The translations under genes and the position numbers were made by a program. The notes beneath the pieces were generated by a model. The model saw nothing but the letters and a program-made list of their open reading frames with translations, did no database searches and was not told the origin of the DNA. 64,000 bases of DNA from Bacillota bacterium (lineage in GTDB: Bacteria; Bacillota; Clostridia; TANB77; CAG-508), in contig CAWVJB010000020.1 in NCBI GenBank assembly GCA_963929525.1, positions 2,890 through 66,889 on the forward strand. The letters run 5' to 3'. Of the stretch, positions 48,454 to 58,160 are shown in pieces (position 1 is the stretch's first letter; every line of letters starts with the position of its first letter).

Positions 48454-49245
48454 ATGGGTAATGAAGAAAAAATGGATAATACAAAAAAGGTAGAAGAAGT
48501 AAAAGAATCAAAAACAGAAAAAGTTGAAGAACCAAAATTCAATAAAGTAGAATCAAAAGATTTAAAAAAAGAAAAAGGAATGAATCATATAGATAATAAA
48601 AAAGAAAAAAAAGAGAAGAAGCAGAAAAATAAAATAAAAAAAGAAGGTACAGAAAAGGGAAATAAAAAAGTTGGCTATTGGGTTGGTGGAGTTGTGTTAT
48701 TATTAGTTGTACTAGCCATAGTAACAGCTTTACTATTATTACCAGCAACACCAGAAAAAAGTGTAGAAGGAATGTTAAATAGTTTAAAAAATGCTGATTT
48801 TGAAAGTGTTAACAAATATGTTAATTATGAAGAAATTGTGAATGAATCAGAGACATTACAAAATTCAGAAATGGATGCAGAAACACAAAGCTTACTTTTT
48901 GATAAATTGTCATGGAAAATTTTAAATATTTCAAAAGAAGAAAATACAGCAAATGTTGAAGTAGAAATTACCAATAAAGATTTTAACCAAATCATCACAA
49001 ATTATAAACAAGAAGCATTAAAAATTGCATTTAGTGGAGAATCTTTTACTCAAGAGGAACAAAATAATAAACTAAAAGAGCAATTAAAAAATGAAGAAAT
49101 TGGAACCAAAACAGTTACGACAACCATACAATTGGTTAAACAAGATAAAGAATGGAAAGTACAAGCAGATGAAAGTTTAGTAAATGCTTTATTACCAGGT
49201 TTACAAGAAGCTATTAACTCTTTAAATAAAATTATTAATGGATAG
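48454..49245 (+). CDS. Membrane-anchored protein, function unknown
   Basis: K/E-rich N-terminus, one TM helix, and a ~160-aa ectodomain. Confidence 0.5.
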   Translation: MGNEEKMDNTKKVEEVKESKTEKVEEPKFNKVESKDLKKEKGMNHIDNKKEKKEKKQKNKIKKEGTEKGNKKVGYWVGGVVLLLVVLAIVTALLLLPATPEKSVEGMLNSLKNADFESVNKYVNYEEIVNESETLQNSEMDAETQSLLFDKLSWKILNISKEENTANVEVEITNKDFNQIITNYKQEALKIAFSGESFTQEEQNNKLKEQLKNEEIGTKTVTTTIQLVKQDKEWKVQADESLVNALLPGLQEAINSLNKIING

Positions 49246-49308
49246 TATCTAAAATACTATAGAGGAGATGCACCTATAAATATGAAATTGATGTTTTATA
49301 TTTTAGGT

Positions 49309-49401
49309 GCATTTTACTAACGTAAAATTTGGAGCCAAATAATAAAACGGGATTTGAAATGTTATAAACAGAAAAATATTAAAAAAACCCGCTATTGTTC
49401 T
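49309..49401 (+). repeat. Family F element, copy 2
   Basis: gcattttactaacgtaaaatttggagccaaataataaaacggg...aaacccgctattgttct. Confidence 0.8.
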
Positions 49402-49480
49402 TTGTTTATATTATCACGTTACATGATGATTGTAAAAAAATAGGAGCTTATATAAAATTTATGTCAAAATTATCATTTTT

Positions 49481-49551
49481 GTTCAGACCATTTTATCTAA
49501 AAAATATAAGGTATTCTGTCTTCTTTAAGATGTTAAAGTTTGAACCGTAAC
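49481..49551. repeat. Family A, copy 3 (degenerate)
   Basis: gttcagaccattttatctaaaaaatat...ctttaagatgttaaagtttgaaccgtaac aligns to 6730-6799. It ends 1 nt from the ytxC-like stop. Confidence 0.65.
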
Positions 49552-50421
49552 TTATTTTTTAGTAAATGTTGTTTTATGATATCGATACAAATTACAAATT
49601 TCACAATTCAAACAGATAGATATACGATTTTCAAAAATTAATTGTAAGGTATTAATAAATTGATCAATTTGATTATCAATTAAATGTATATAAATTTTTT
49701 TTGGTAGTAAATTTAAAAGTGAATTTAAAGTATAATCATTAGAAGAAAAGGATATATCACTTAAATATTTTGCGTTAAAAATTTCTTCTGAATTCATAAT
49801 AATATTTTTATTTTCATCTAGTAAAATAGATTCAGAAGTATTATAAATTAAATGTACAATATTAGAATTATTTTTTTGAGAATTGATATATAATTTCAAT
49901 AAGGAAATAAATTCCATATATTCTTTTTCAATGATATAATTATTGACACCTTCTGATACAATCTCATCTAATATAGAAGTATATAATTGTAATCTAAAGT
50001 TGATAAAACCATCTAATACTAAAACTTTATTAGTAGAAATAAACGAATATAAAGAATTGTAAAGGGCATCAAACTTTTTATCAAACCATGTATAATATTC
50101 ATCAGACAAAATTGTATAGCAATTTCTTAATATTTTATCCCTTTCTAGTGCATCAAAATAAAAATAATTTTTATCAATAATTCTCTTAGTAAGTAGATCT
50201 TCAAACTCATCAATAATCATAAAAGCTAAAAGATTACTGATTTTAGAAAAAAAGTAAGGGTAATCATTATTAGAAAGATAATGTATGATAATATTTTTGT
50301 AATTTTTAAACTGATTTTTAGAAAAACATATATGTTTTATTTCTGAATATTTTAATTCATTTAGTAGATAATCTAGTATTTCGGAATTATTTGTTTTTAT
50401 ACATAAAGATCTCATATACAA
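49552..50421 (-). CDS. ytxC: YtxC-like sporulation protein
   Basis: 289 aa; LDGFINFRLQLY...IIEKEYMEFISLLKLYINSQ resembles the YtxC family. Confidence 0.55.
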   Translation of the reverse strand: MYMRSLCIKTNNSEILDYLLNELKYSEIKHICFSKNQFKNYKNIIIHYLSNNDYPYFFSKISNLLAFMIIDEFEDLLTKRIIDKNYFYFDALERDKILRNCYTILSDEYYTWFDKKFDALYNSLYSFISTNKVLVLDGFINFRLQLYTSILDEIVSEGVNNYIIEKEYMEFISLLKLYINSQKNNSNIVHLIYNTSESILLDENKNIIMNSEEIFNAKYLSDISFSSNDYTLNSLLNLLPKKIYIHLIDNQIDQFINTLQLIFENRISICLNCEICNLYRYHKTTFTKK

Positions 50422-50494
50422 AAATACCCCTTTCTTATAAGACTAGTATCTACCAAACTAAAAAAACTTATACATTATTATATGATAAGAAAAG

Positions 50495-50740
50495 AAAAGT
50501 TGCCAAAGGGGACGTGTCATTTTGGCAACTTTTATAAAATAGATTCACGAATGTAAGAGGCGTAACCTTGTTGTATATGGAAAAATCCACATAGGGTTAA
50601 AATAAAAGTCGATTTTTCTTTTGAAAATAAAATATAAGAAATTTATTTTCACTTTGAGCCTAAGTAACTTAAAGTTTCATATTGTTTCCTATTCAATGAA
50701 AAAGAAAGTTGCCAAAATGGCACGTCCCCTTTGGCAACTT
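50495..50740. repeat. Family B palindrome, copy 3 (arms enclose G modules R8 + inverted R4)
   Basis: Arms aagttgccaaaggggacgtgtcattttggcaactt / aagttgccaaaatggcacgtcccctttggcaactt (one T.G mismatch). Interior 50544-50695 matches R8 and R4. Confidence 0.9.
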
Positions 50741-50743
50741 CTC

Positions 50744-52330
50744 TTAATAATAAATCATATAATCAATATCTGGAAAGACACAATCCTTTTTAGAAATGTC
50801 TTTTAAGAAATCTTCATCAATATGATTTTCTTTTATTTGATAATATAATTTTGTAAATCTACCAATGTGGTCTTTAATTCTTTTTTTAGCATAATCTACC
50901 ATGGTACCATTTGTGATGATAAATAGCCAATCACTACTTTGTGCTAATAATAATTCTCTAGCACATTGATTTAATGCTTTTTTCTTCAAGCCTTTTGCAT
51001 TTGGATATAAATGAGCAAGTTCACACATTCTATCACCTGCAACATGAAGATGTCTATGTACATAATCATTTGTTTGATTTAACCAAACTTCACTATATCC
51101 ATTAGCTCCCCAACTAGAACGACAAGGAGAAGCAACTTGCATGTTTGGATATTTATCAATATATTCAGATGGTGTAATTAATTCAAAATTACAATCATCA
51201 TAGTAGATTTTTTTAAATAATACATATAACCAATATGGTCCTTCATACCACCAATGACCATATAATTCAGCATCATAAGGGCACAATATAATTGGTGGAT
51301 TTTCTGTATATTGAGCAAGATTTCCAATTTGCGCATTTCGACAGTCAAAGAAGTGAGCAGCTTGTCTTTCTGCGGAATCTTTTGCCCATTGAAGATTGTA
51401 ATAATCTTTAAATTCTGTTTTTCCCGTAATTCTATAATATTTAATACCTGTATGAACTCTAACACCATTATGAGCGATATATGGTTTGATATAGTCATAA
51501 TCAGCATCATAACCAATATCACGGTAAAATTCTCTGTAATTAAAATCACCTGGGTAACCATTAATAGAACTCCATACTTGTCTTGAAGATTCTATGTCTC
51601 TACCAAAAGCAATCACACCTTCTGGGGAAACAATAGGAGCAAAGGTACCATATAATGGAGTAGGGTCTGCATATAGAATTCCGTGTGTTTCTGTAATAAT
51701 ATAATCAATGCCAAATTCTTTTAAGTATTTATCAGCTTCTGGAACATAACCGCATTCAGGTAGCCAAATACCACGAGGTTTTCTTCCGAAATATCTTTCA
51801 TATGTTTGTACACCAACAGCGATTTGTGCTTTTACGGTTTTTTCATTAACATATAGTATTGGGAAATATCCATGTGTTGCTCCACAAGTGATAATTTCTA
51901 ATACGCCAATATCTTGAAAATGTTTAAAACCTTGAATCAGATTACATTTATAAACATCTTTAAATAAATGTAAATCATTTGAATATCTATCATAATAGTA
52001 ATGTGCTAATTGATTTAAACGCTCATTACCAGCAGTTCTTTTGATTTCTTTTCCAGATAATTCAATCATTTGTTTTAAATAGCGAATATATTTCTTTTGT
52101 AATAATTTGTTATCCAACATAGAAAGTAGAGGAGGGGTCATAGACATAGTAATTCTAAAATGAACGCCTTCATCTACTAATTTTTGAAAATTTGTTAATA
52201 ATGGTATATAAGTTTCAGATATTGCTTCATATAGCCAAGATTCCTCTAGATAATCATCACTTTCTGGATGATGAATAAATGGAAGATGTGCATGAAGAAC
52301 GAAACTAACATAACCTTTTTTTTCTTGCAT
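50744..52330 (-). CDS. GH57-family 1,4-alpha-glucan branching enzyme-like protein
   Basis: MQEKKGYVSFVLHAHLPFIHHPE... is a GH57/DUF1957 pattern. ATG 52330 follows AAAGGAG. Confidence 0.85.
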   Translation of the reverse strand: MQEKKGYVSFVLHAHLPFIHHPESDDYLEESWLYEAISETYIPLLTNFQKLVDEGVHFRITMSMTPPLLSMLDNKLLQKKYIRYLKQMIELSGKEIKRTAGNERLNQLAHYYYDRYSNDLHLFKDVYKCNLIQGFKHFQDIGVLEIITCGATHGYFPILYVNEKTVKAQIAVGVQTYERYFGRKPRGIWLPECGYVPEADKYLKEFGIDYIITETHGILYADPTPLYGTFAPIVSPEGVIAFGRDIESSRQVWSSINGYPGDFNYREFYRDIGYDADYDYIKPYIAHNGVRVHTGIKYYRITGKTEFKDYYNLQWAKDSAERQAAHFFDCRNAQIGNLAQYTENPPIILCPYDAELYGHWWYEGPYWLYVLFKKIYYDDCNFELITPSEYIDKYPNMQVASPCRSSWGANGYSEVWLNQTNDYVHRHLHVAGDRMCELAHLYPNAKGLKKKALNQCARELLLAQSSDWLFIITNGTMVDYAKKRIKDHIGRFTKLYYQIKENHIDEDFLKDISKKDCVFPDIDYMIYY

Positions 52331-52377
52331 TTGAATTCTCCTTTTACTGTTACTAAATTTATTCCCTAAAAATGAAT

Positions 52378-52409
52378 GAGGCACTTTTGAATTGAGCCTC
52401 AAGTGCCTC
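52378..52409 (-). promoter_or_regulatory. Intercistronic hairpin between the DUF4912 and GH57 genes
   Basis: gaggcactt-N14-aagtgcctc (9-bp GC-containing stem). Confidence 0.5.
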
Positions 52410-52413
52410 AAAA

Positions 52414-53376
52414 TTATTTAAACCTTGAAGAAAGACTTTTTGATGATGGATTACCAGAAGAAGGATTAGATAAATCATAAATTTCTTCAATATTTTCATT
52501 TTGATAAATTACTTTATAAATATCATATATATTATATATTTTGCCCATATTTCTAATAAAGGAAATATTTGCTGAAATTGGTTTTTTAGTTTGAACACCA
52601 GTTTTAACATTTCTAAAATATACCATTTTTTGTTCTTTATTAAATAAAATATGGTCATTTGGTGATTCAATATGATTAGAGCTAGAGATATAAATATAAT
52701 CGGTATTAATTTTTGAATTTTCTTTAATAGGACGTCTACCTAATTCTATTCTATAATTACATTTTGCATCATTTACATGAAGATACCAACTATTTGCAAA
52801 ATCATTAATATCAATTTCAAAACTGTAATTCATCGTTGTATTGTGAACAATTAAAACTGGTTTGGTTGTTTCGAAAAAGTCTTCACCATATTGTGCTTTA
52901 TAATTTTCTCTATCTTCGTCAGAGATATCCCAATAAATAAATAAATTGGTAGGAGTTTGCGCCAATAATTTTACAACAGTTTGATTATATCGATATGGTA
53001 AATCATAATATTCTACAATATCTACTTTTTGCTTTTTAGTTGTTGTAGTTTTTCCTTTGGTTGCAGAGGATTTTTTTGTTGTCGCTTTTTTAGATATTGT
53101 TTTTTTAGTTGGTGATTTTGTAGATGCTTTCTTTTTGATAGTTGTTGATTTCTTGGTTGAAGATGTTTTTTTAGAAGCAATACTTTTAGTGGTAGCAGAA
53201 GTATTTTTTGCTACACTTTTTGTAGTAGAAGATTTTTTTGTATCTGTTTTTGTAGCCACATCTTTTTTAACTGATGTTTTTTTTGCAACAGATTTTCCTT
53301 CTATTTTAGCTGGTTTCCTTTTTGTTGTTATAACTTCATTTGTTTTCTCATTTGTTTCTTGTTTTTTCCTTGGCAT
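52414..53376 (-). CDS. DUF4912-domain protein with K/T/S-rich N-terminus
   Basis: YDLPYRYNQTVVKLLAQTPTNLFIYWDISDEDRE, and position upstream of GH57 as is usual for DUF4912. Confidence 0.7.
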   Translation of the reverse strand: MPRKKQETNEKTNEVITTKRKPAKIEGKSVAKKTSVKKDVATKTDTKKSSTTKSVAKNTSATTKSIASKKTSSTKKSTTIKKKASTKSPTKKTISKKATTKKSSATKGKTTTTKKQKVDIVEYYDLPYRYNQTVVKLLAQTPTNLFIYWDISDEDRENYKAQYGEDFFETTKPVLIVHNTTMNYSFEIDINDFANSWYLHVNDAKCNYRIELGRRPIKENSKINTDYIYISSSNHIESPNDHILFNKEQKMVYFRNVKTGVQTKKPISANISFIRNMGKIYNIYDIYKVIYQNENIEEIYDLSNPSSGNPSSKSLSSRFK

Positions 53377-53479
53377 TCTATATCCTCCTATGTAAATCTC
53401 TTTTATTACTTTTATATATTATACTAAATGAAAAATAAATGCAAGGGAATAAGATAATTTTTTAAATTTATTTTAAAAT

Positions 53480-53720
53480 AGTTTCTGTTCAGACTAGTAT
53501 ATAAGGGGGAAGTATTTATAAAGTATTTATTACTCGGTTCAATACAAATATTAAAAAATTCTAAAATCATTTTATGGTGACTTTTCACTTACTTCTCACT
53601 ACGTTCGACGTGAACATTTTCCAAAAAAAGATTTAAGAATTTCTAAATATTTTCCAATCACATTCATAATGAAATAATTTATAAATACTTCTCCCTTATA
53701 TACTAGTTTGAATAGAAACT
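53480..53720. repeat. 241-bp long palindrome (K)
   Basis: agtttctgttcagactagtatataagggggaagtatttataaa pairs with tttataaatacttctcccttatatactagtttgaatagaaact. The three mismatches are all G.T on the + strand. Confidence 0.85.
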
Positions 53721-53858
53721 TAAAATAAGTTTTTAGTGAGTTGAAAAAATCATATAGATAAAAATAAAATGGGAATTAGAGGCAGAGAAAATCTGATATT
53801 TGAAAAAATGAAATACATTTTGTATAATATCAGTATATTATATAGGAGGGTTTTTTAT

Positions 53859-54305
53859 ATGGTAGAAAAAAATAATAAATTAACAATAAGAGTGGCAGGC
53901 ATTGTACCCGTGGATAATGGATTTATATTTATGCATAGAAAAAAAGTAAAAAGGAATAAGGATTATGAGGAATACTATACTTTCCCAGGAGGACATTTAG
54001 AAAATGGCGAAACATTAGAAGAAGGAGTTATCAGAGAAATTAAAGAAGAATTCGGTATAAAGGTAAAAGTAATAAAGAAATTATATGAATTAGAAAATAA
54101 TAAATTGAATATGAAAGAATATTTCTTTTTATGTGAATATATAGAAGGAAAATTTGGAACAGGAGATGGAGAAGAATTTTTCAATAATCCAGAATATAAA
54201 GATTCTGGTGAATATATTCCAGAAATTATGAAAAAAGAAGACATATCAAAAATTGTGTTATTACCACCAGAAATAAAAGAAAAGTTTTTAAAAGATTTCT
54301 GTTAG
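53859..54305 (+). CDS. NUDIX hydrolase
   Basis: GGHLENGETLEEGVIREIKEEFG Nudix box. ATG 53859 follows GGAGGG. Confidence 0.8.
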   Translation: MVEKNNKLTIRVAGIVPVDNGFIFMHRKKVKRNKDYEEYYTFPGGHLENGETLEEGVIREIKEEFGIKVKVIKKLYELENNKLNMKEYFFLCEYIEGKFGTGDGEEFFNNPEYKDSGEYIPEIMKKEDISKIVLLPPEIKEKFLKDFC

Positions 54306-54637
54306 GGACGTGCCAAATCGTTTCAAAATGAGCCCAAAAGGGACAGACCTTAACCTTTTCGTTCCAAAGGAACCTGTAGTTATATAAAGTCACTCACGAT
54401 TTTGTATAAGCTAAATTTTCATAGAATTCTAAAATAAAAAAAATGTATTCATGCACTCAGACCCTCTCATAACGAGAGTACCGTGCAATTCATACATTTT
54501 TTTATTTAAGAATTTCTACATTCAAATTTAGATACGCAAAATCGATTCGTTTTTTATATAACTACAGATCCCTTTGGAACGAAAAGGTTAAGGTCTGTCT
54601 CTTTTGGGCTCATTTTGAAATGATTTGACACGTCCTC
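54302..54637. repeat. Family E palindrome, copy 2 (336 bp)
   Basis: ttagggacgtgccaaatcgtttcaaaatgagcccaaaagggacagaccttaacc... and its complement. The central ~150 bp is nearly identical to copy 1. Confidence 0.9.
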
Positions 54638-54716
54638 AAAAAACAAAAAAAAAATCAAAAATTTGTTTGACATTTTTTTGTTTGTATGATATGATGAGAC
54701 AAAATAGGAGAATGGA

Positions 54717-55376
54717 GTGAAGAAAATGCCAAAAAAGAAACCAGAATTAAATAGAAGAGAAAAATCAATTTTACATTTTATTGAAAAAAATATTATGACA
54801 CAAGGATATCCACCATCAGTAAGAGAAATCGGAAAAGCGGTTGGACTAAATTCTACAGCAACTGTACATGGCTATTTAGCAAAACTAGAAGAAAAAGGAT
54901 ATATTAAGAAAAAAGACAAAAAAGGAAGAACTTTACGATTATTAAAAGGTGCTTCTGGTGAATCTAAAGTAACATCAAGTAAAGATTTCTATACACAAAA
55001 AGAATTGGTTGAAGTTCCTATTATCGGAAAAATAACAGCAGGTGAACCAATATTAGCTGTAGAAAATATTACAGATACATTCCCAATTCCAATTGACTTT
55101 GTTGGAAATTCAGAAAGTTTTATGTTAATTGTTAGAGGAGAAAGTATGATTGAAGCAGGAATATTAGATGGAGACTATATTCTTGTAAAAAGACAAAATA
55201 CAGCTAATAATGGAGAAATTGTTGTTGCTTTAATTGGAGATGAAGCAACAGTTAAAACATTTTATAAAGAAGCAGACCATATCAGATTACAACCAGAAAA
55301 TTCCACAATGGATCCTATTATCGTACCAGATTGTGAGATATTGGGAAAAGTTGCAGGCGTATTTAGAAAAATGTAA
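54717..55376 (+). CDS. lexA: LexA repressor
   Basis: Winged HTH ([25 protein letters not shown]), an A-G cleavage-site region and S24 peptidase motifs (GESM...VKR). Alternative start ATG at 54726. Confidence 0.9.
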   Translation: MKKMPKKKPELNRREKSILHFIEKNIMTQGYPPSVREIGKAVGLNSTATVHGYLAKLEEKGYIKKKDKKGRTLRLLKGASGESKVTSSKDFYTQKELVEVPIIGKITAGEPILAVENITDTFPIPIDFVGNSESFMLIVRGESMIEAGILDGDYILVKRQNTANNGEIVVALIGDEATVKTFYKEADHIRLQPENSTMDPIIVPDCEILGKVAGVFRKM

Positions 55377-55443
55377 GAGAAAAGGGGTATTGGACTTAAA
55401 TAAAAGCCAATGTTCTTTTTTAAAAAGACTATTTTCACCATAG

Positions 55444-55690
55444 TTAGTAAGTTATAGTTCGGACCTAAGTAGTCTTCCAGGGGGGATAGGTTATATTTTC
55501 AAGCGTTCGAATGCGACCAGAATAGTTTTACAAATTCTTAGGATAAAAGCACAAAGGATCCTGTTTCCAGGGATTGTTGTGTTTTTATTCTTAGAATTTG
55601 TTAAACGGGAATTGGCGGGTAGTCGAGAACCTTAAAAATATAACCTATCCCCCTTGGAAGATTACTTAGGTCTGAGCAGTAACTTAGTAA
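55444..55690. repeat. 247-bp long palindrome (L) with family A-like termini
   Basis: ttagtaagttatagttcggacctaagtagtcttccaggggggataggttatatttt pairs with aaaatataacctatcccccttggaagattacttaggtctgagcagtaacttagtaa. Confidence 0.85.
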
Positions 55691-55722
55691 TGATAATTCA
55701 CAAAAAATTCACAATATAAATA

Positions 55723-55769
55723 TTGACTAATGACATTGTGTCACATATAATAAATAATACAATGTCATT
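55723..55769 (+). promoter_or_regulatory. Sigma-A-type promoter with an operator-like inverted repeat
   Basis: ttgact-N17-tataat (55723-55751). Perfect 11-bp arms aatgacattgt (55729-39) / acaatgtcatt (55759-69) bracket the -10 box. Confidence 0.55.
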
Positions 55770-55873
55770 TTTTTTGTTAAATAAGAAAGCAATGTTACGC
55801 AGAAAAATTGTTTTCTTTTGAAAATAAGATATACCATTCAAAAAAATTTAAATAAGAAAGAGGGAGGAAAAAT

Positions 55874-58159
55874 ATGCTAAAAGTATTAAAAAACTTAAAA
55901 AAGTCACTAGGAGCAGTTATTGTAATTGTTATCTTACTTTGTATACAAGCAGCAACAGATTTGGCATTACCAGATTATACTTCAAAAATTGTAAATGAAG
56001 GTATACAATCTGGGGGAATTACTAGTCCTATACCAGAGATTATTTCTAAAGAAGATATGGACAATATGTTAATCTTTACAGATAAAGATGATGAAATATT
56101 AGAAAATTATACAATGGTTTCAACAACAAACAATACATATGAAACACAGGAAAAACATGAAGAGCAAGTTATAAAAGAATATTTTGGAAAAGATTATGAA
56201 ACCAAACAGGATACCATTTATGTATTAAAAGATTTAAGTGAAGAGCAAGAAGAAAGTTTATCAGGAATCATGATAAATCCATTAATGGAATTAACAACTG
56301 TTACAAATGAAGAAACAGCCAATCAAATAAAAGAACAATTATTACAACAAGTTCCAGAAGCACAAAGAGAATATATTCAAAATATGTCTCTAATGGAAAT
56401 GATCGAGCAAATGCCAGAAGAGCAAAGGAATCAAGCTTTACAAGAATTCACAAAGCAAATTACGGAAATGAGTGATTCTATCAAAGAACAAGCAGCAGTT
56501 TCATCTGTAAAACAAATTTATATCAATGCAGGAATTAACACAGATGACATTCAAAATAACTATATTTTGAAAACTGGTTTACAAATGTTAGGAATTGCAT
56601 TAATTACAATGGTATGCGCAGTAACGATTATGTTGTTATCATCAAGAGTGGCAGCTAAATTAGGAAAAACATTAAGAGAAAAAGTATTTAAAAAAGTCAT
56701 GACATTTTCCAATGCAGAATTAAATCAATTTTCAACAGCATCCCTAATTACACGTAGTACCAATGATGTGCAACAAATACAAATGTTAATTACCATATTG
56801 TTTAGGGTAGTTGTATATGCACCAATTATTGGTATAGGAGGATTCCTTAGAGTATTAACAACAACAGATAATTCGATGGCATGGATTATTGGAATAGCAA
56901 TATTAGCAATTTTATTGATTGTAGGAACTTTATTTGCCATTGCAATGCCTAAATTTAAAAAATTACAAGATTTAATAGACAAATTAAATGAAGTTTCAAG
57001 AGAAATCCTTACAGGATTACCAGTTATTAGAGCATTTAACAAAGAGAAAAAAGAAGAAGCCAGATTTGATGTAGCCAATAAAGATTTAATGAAAACCAAC
57101 TTATTTGTAAATAAAGCCATGTCTATGATGATGCCTTTATTAATGTTCATTATGAACTCAATCATGATATTGATTGTTTGGGTAGGTGGTCACAATGTAG
57201 ACCAAGGTGTTATGCAAGTGGGAGACATGATGGCATTTATTCAATATACAATGCAAATCGTTATGGCATTCTTAATGATATCTATGATTTCTATCATGCT
57301 TCCTAGAGCAGCGGTTTCTGCAAGAAGAATTAATGAAGTGATAGAGGCTAAGCCAAGTATTACAGATAAAAAAGAAACAAAGAAATTTAATCCAGATAAA
57401 AAGGGATTAGTAGAATTTAAAAATGTTTCTTTTAGATATCCAGATGCAGATACAGAAATCTTAGAGGATATTAATTTTACAGCAGAACCGGGAAAAACAA
57501 CAGCGATTATTGGTAGCACAGGAAGTGGTAAATCAACCGTTGTCAACTTGATACCAAGATTTTATGATGTCACAGGGGGAGAATTATATATTGACGGTGT
57601 GAATGTAAAAGATGTATCACAAAAAGATTTGAGAGATATTATTGGATTTGTACCACAAAAAGGAGTGTTGTTCTCAGGAACTATCGAATCTAATATTAAA
57701 TACGCAGATGAAACCATGTCAGATGAAAGAATGGTGGAAGCAGCAGAGATTGCACAAGCAACAGAATTTATTGAAGGAAAAGAAAACAAATATCAAGACC
57801 CAATCGCACAAGGCGGAGGAAATGTATCTGGTGGTCAAAAACAAAGATTATCTATCGCAAGAGCGATTGCAAAAGATCCAGAAATTTTTGTATTTGATGA
57901 TAGTTTTTCAGCCTTAGACTTTAAGACAGATAGCGCTTTAAGAGAAGCACTAGCTACCAGAACAAAAAATAAAACAGTGATCATTGTTGCCCAAAGAATT
58001 AGTACCATTTTGAATGCAGACAAAATTATCGTTTTAGAAGAAGGAAAAATGGTAGGAATGGGTACACATGAAGAATTAATGAAACATAATGAAACATATA
58101 GGCAAATTGCCTTATCACAATTGTCTGAAGAAGAATTAGGCGAGAAAGGAGGTAAGTAA
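55874..58159 (+). CDS. ABC exporter permease/ATPase subunit (type IV fold) with a large TM1-TM2 insertion
   Basis: Six TM helices and an NBD (GSTGSGKST, VSGGQKQRLSIARA, FVFDD). About 175 extra residues lie between TM1 and TM2. Confidence 0.9.
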   Translation: MLKVLKNLKKSLGAVIVIVILLCIQAATDLALPDYTSKIVNEGIQSGGITSPIPEIISKEDMDNMLIFTDKDDEILENYTMVSTTNNTYETQEKHEEQVIKEYFGKDYETKQDTIYVLKDLSEEQEESLSGIMINPLMELTTVTNEETANQIKEQLLQQVPEAQREYIQNMSLMEMIEQMPEEQRNQALQEFTKQITEMSDSIKEQAAVSSVKQIYINAGINTDDIQNNYILKTGLQMLGIALITMVCAVTIMLLSSRVAAKLGKTLREKVFKKVMTFSNAELNQFSTASLITRSTNDVQQIQMLITILFRVVVYAPIIGIGGFLRVLTTTDNSMAWIIGIAILAILLIVGTLFAIAMPKFKKLQDLIDKLNEVSREILTGLPVIRAFNKEKKEEARFDVANKDLMKTNLFVNKAMSMMMPLLMFIMNSIMILIVWVGGHNVDQGVMQVGDMMAFIQYTMQIVMAFLMISMISIMLPRAAVSARRINEVIEAKPSITDKKETKKFNPDKKGLVEFKNVSFRYPDADTEILEDINFTAEPGKTTAIIGSTGSGKSTVVNLIPRFYDVTGGELYIDGVNVKDVSQKDLRDIIGFVPQKGVLFSGTIESNIKYADETMSDERMVEAAEIAQATEFIEGKENKYQDPIAQGGGNVSGGQKQRLSIARAIAKDPEIFVFDDSFSALDFKTDSALREALATRTKNKTVIIVAQRISTILNADKIIVLEEGKMVGMGTHEELMKHNETYRQIALSQLSEEELGEKGGK

Positions 58160-58160
58160 T

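Noticed and set aside
53057-53395. ORF 53057..53395 (+), a repetitive V/F/D-rich peptide
   Set aside because: It is the antisense reading of the K/T/S-rich low-complexity N-terminus of the DUF4912 gene and is not independent coding sequence.
54640-54716. SOS (Cheo-type GAAC-N4-GTTC) boxes upstream of lexA and of uvrA (43780-43872)
   Set aside because: I found no GAAC...GTTC-type palindrome in either promoter region. The only features are a direct tttgtttg repeat near lexA and ttgtttttacaaaaa near uvrA, which I cannot equate with a LexA site.
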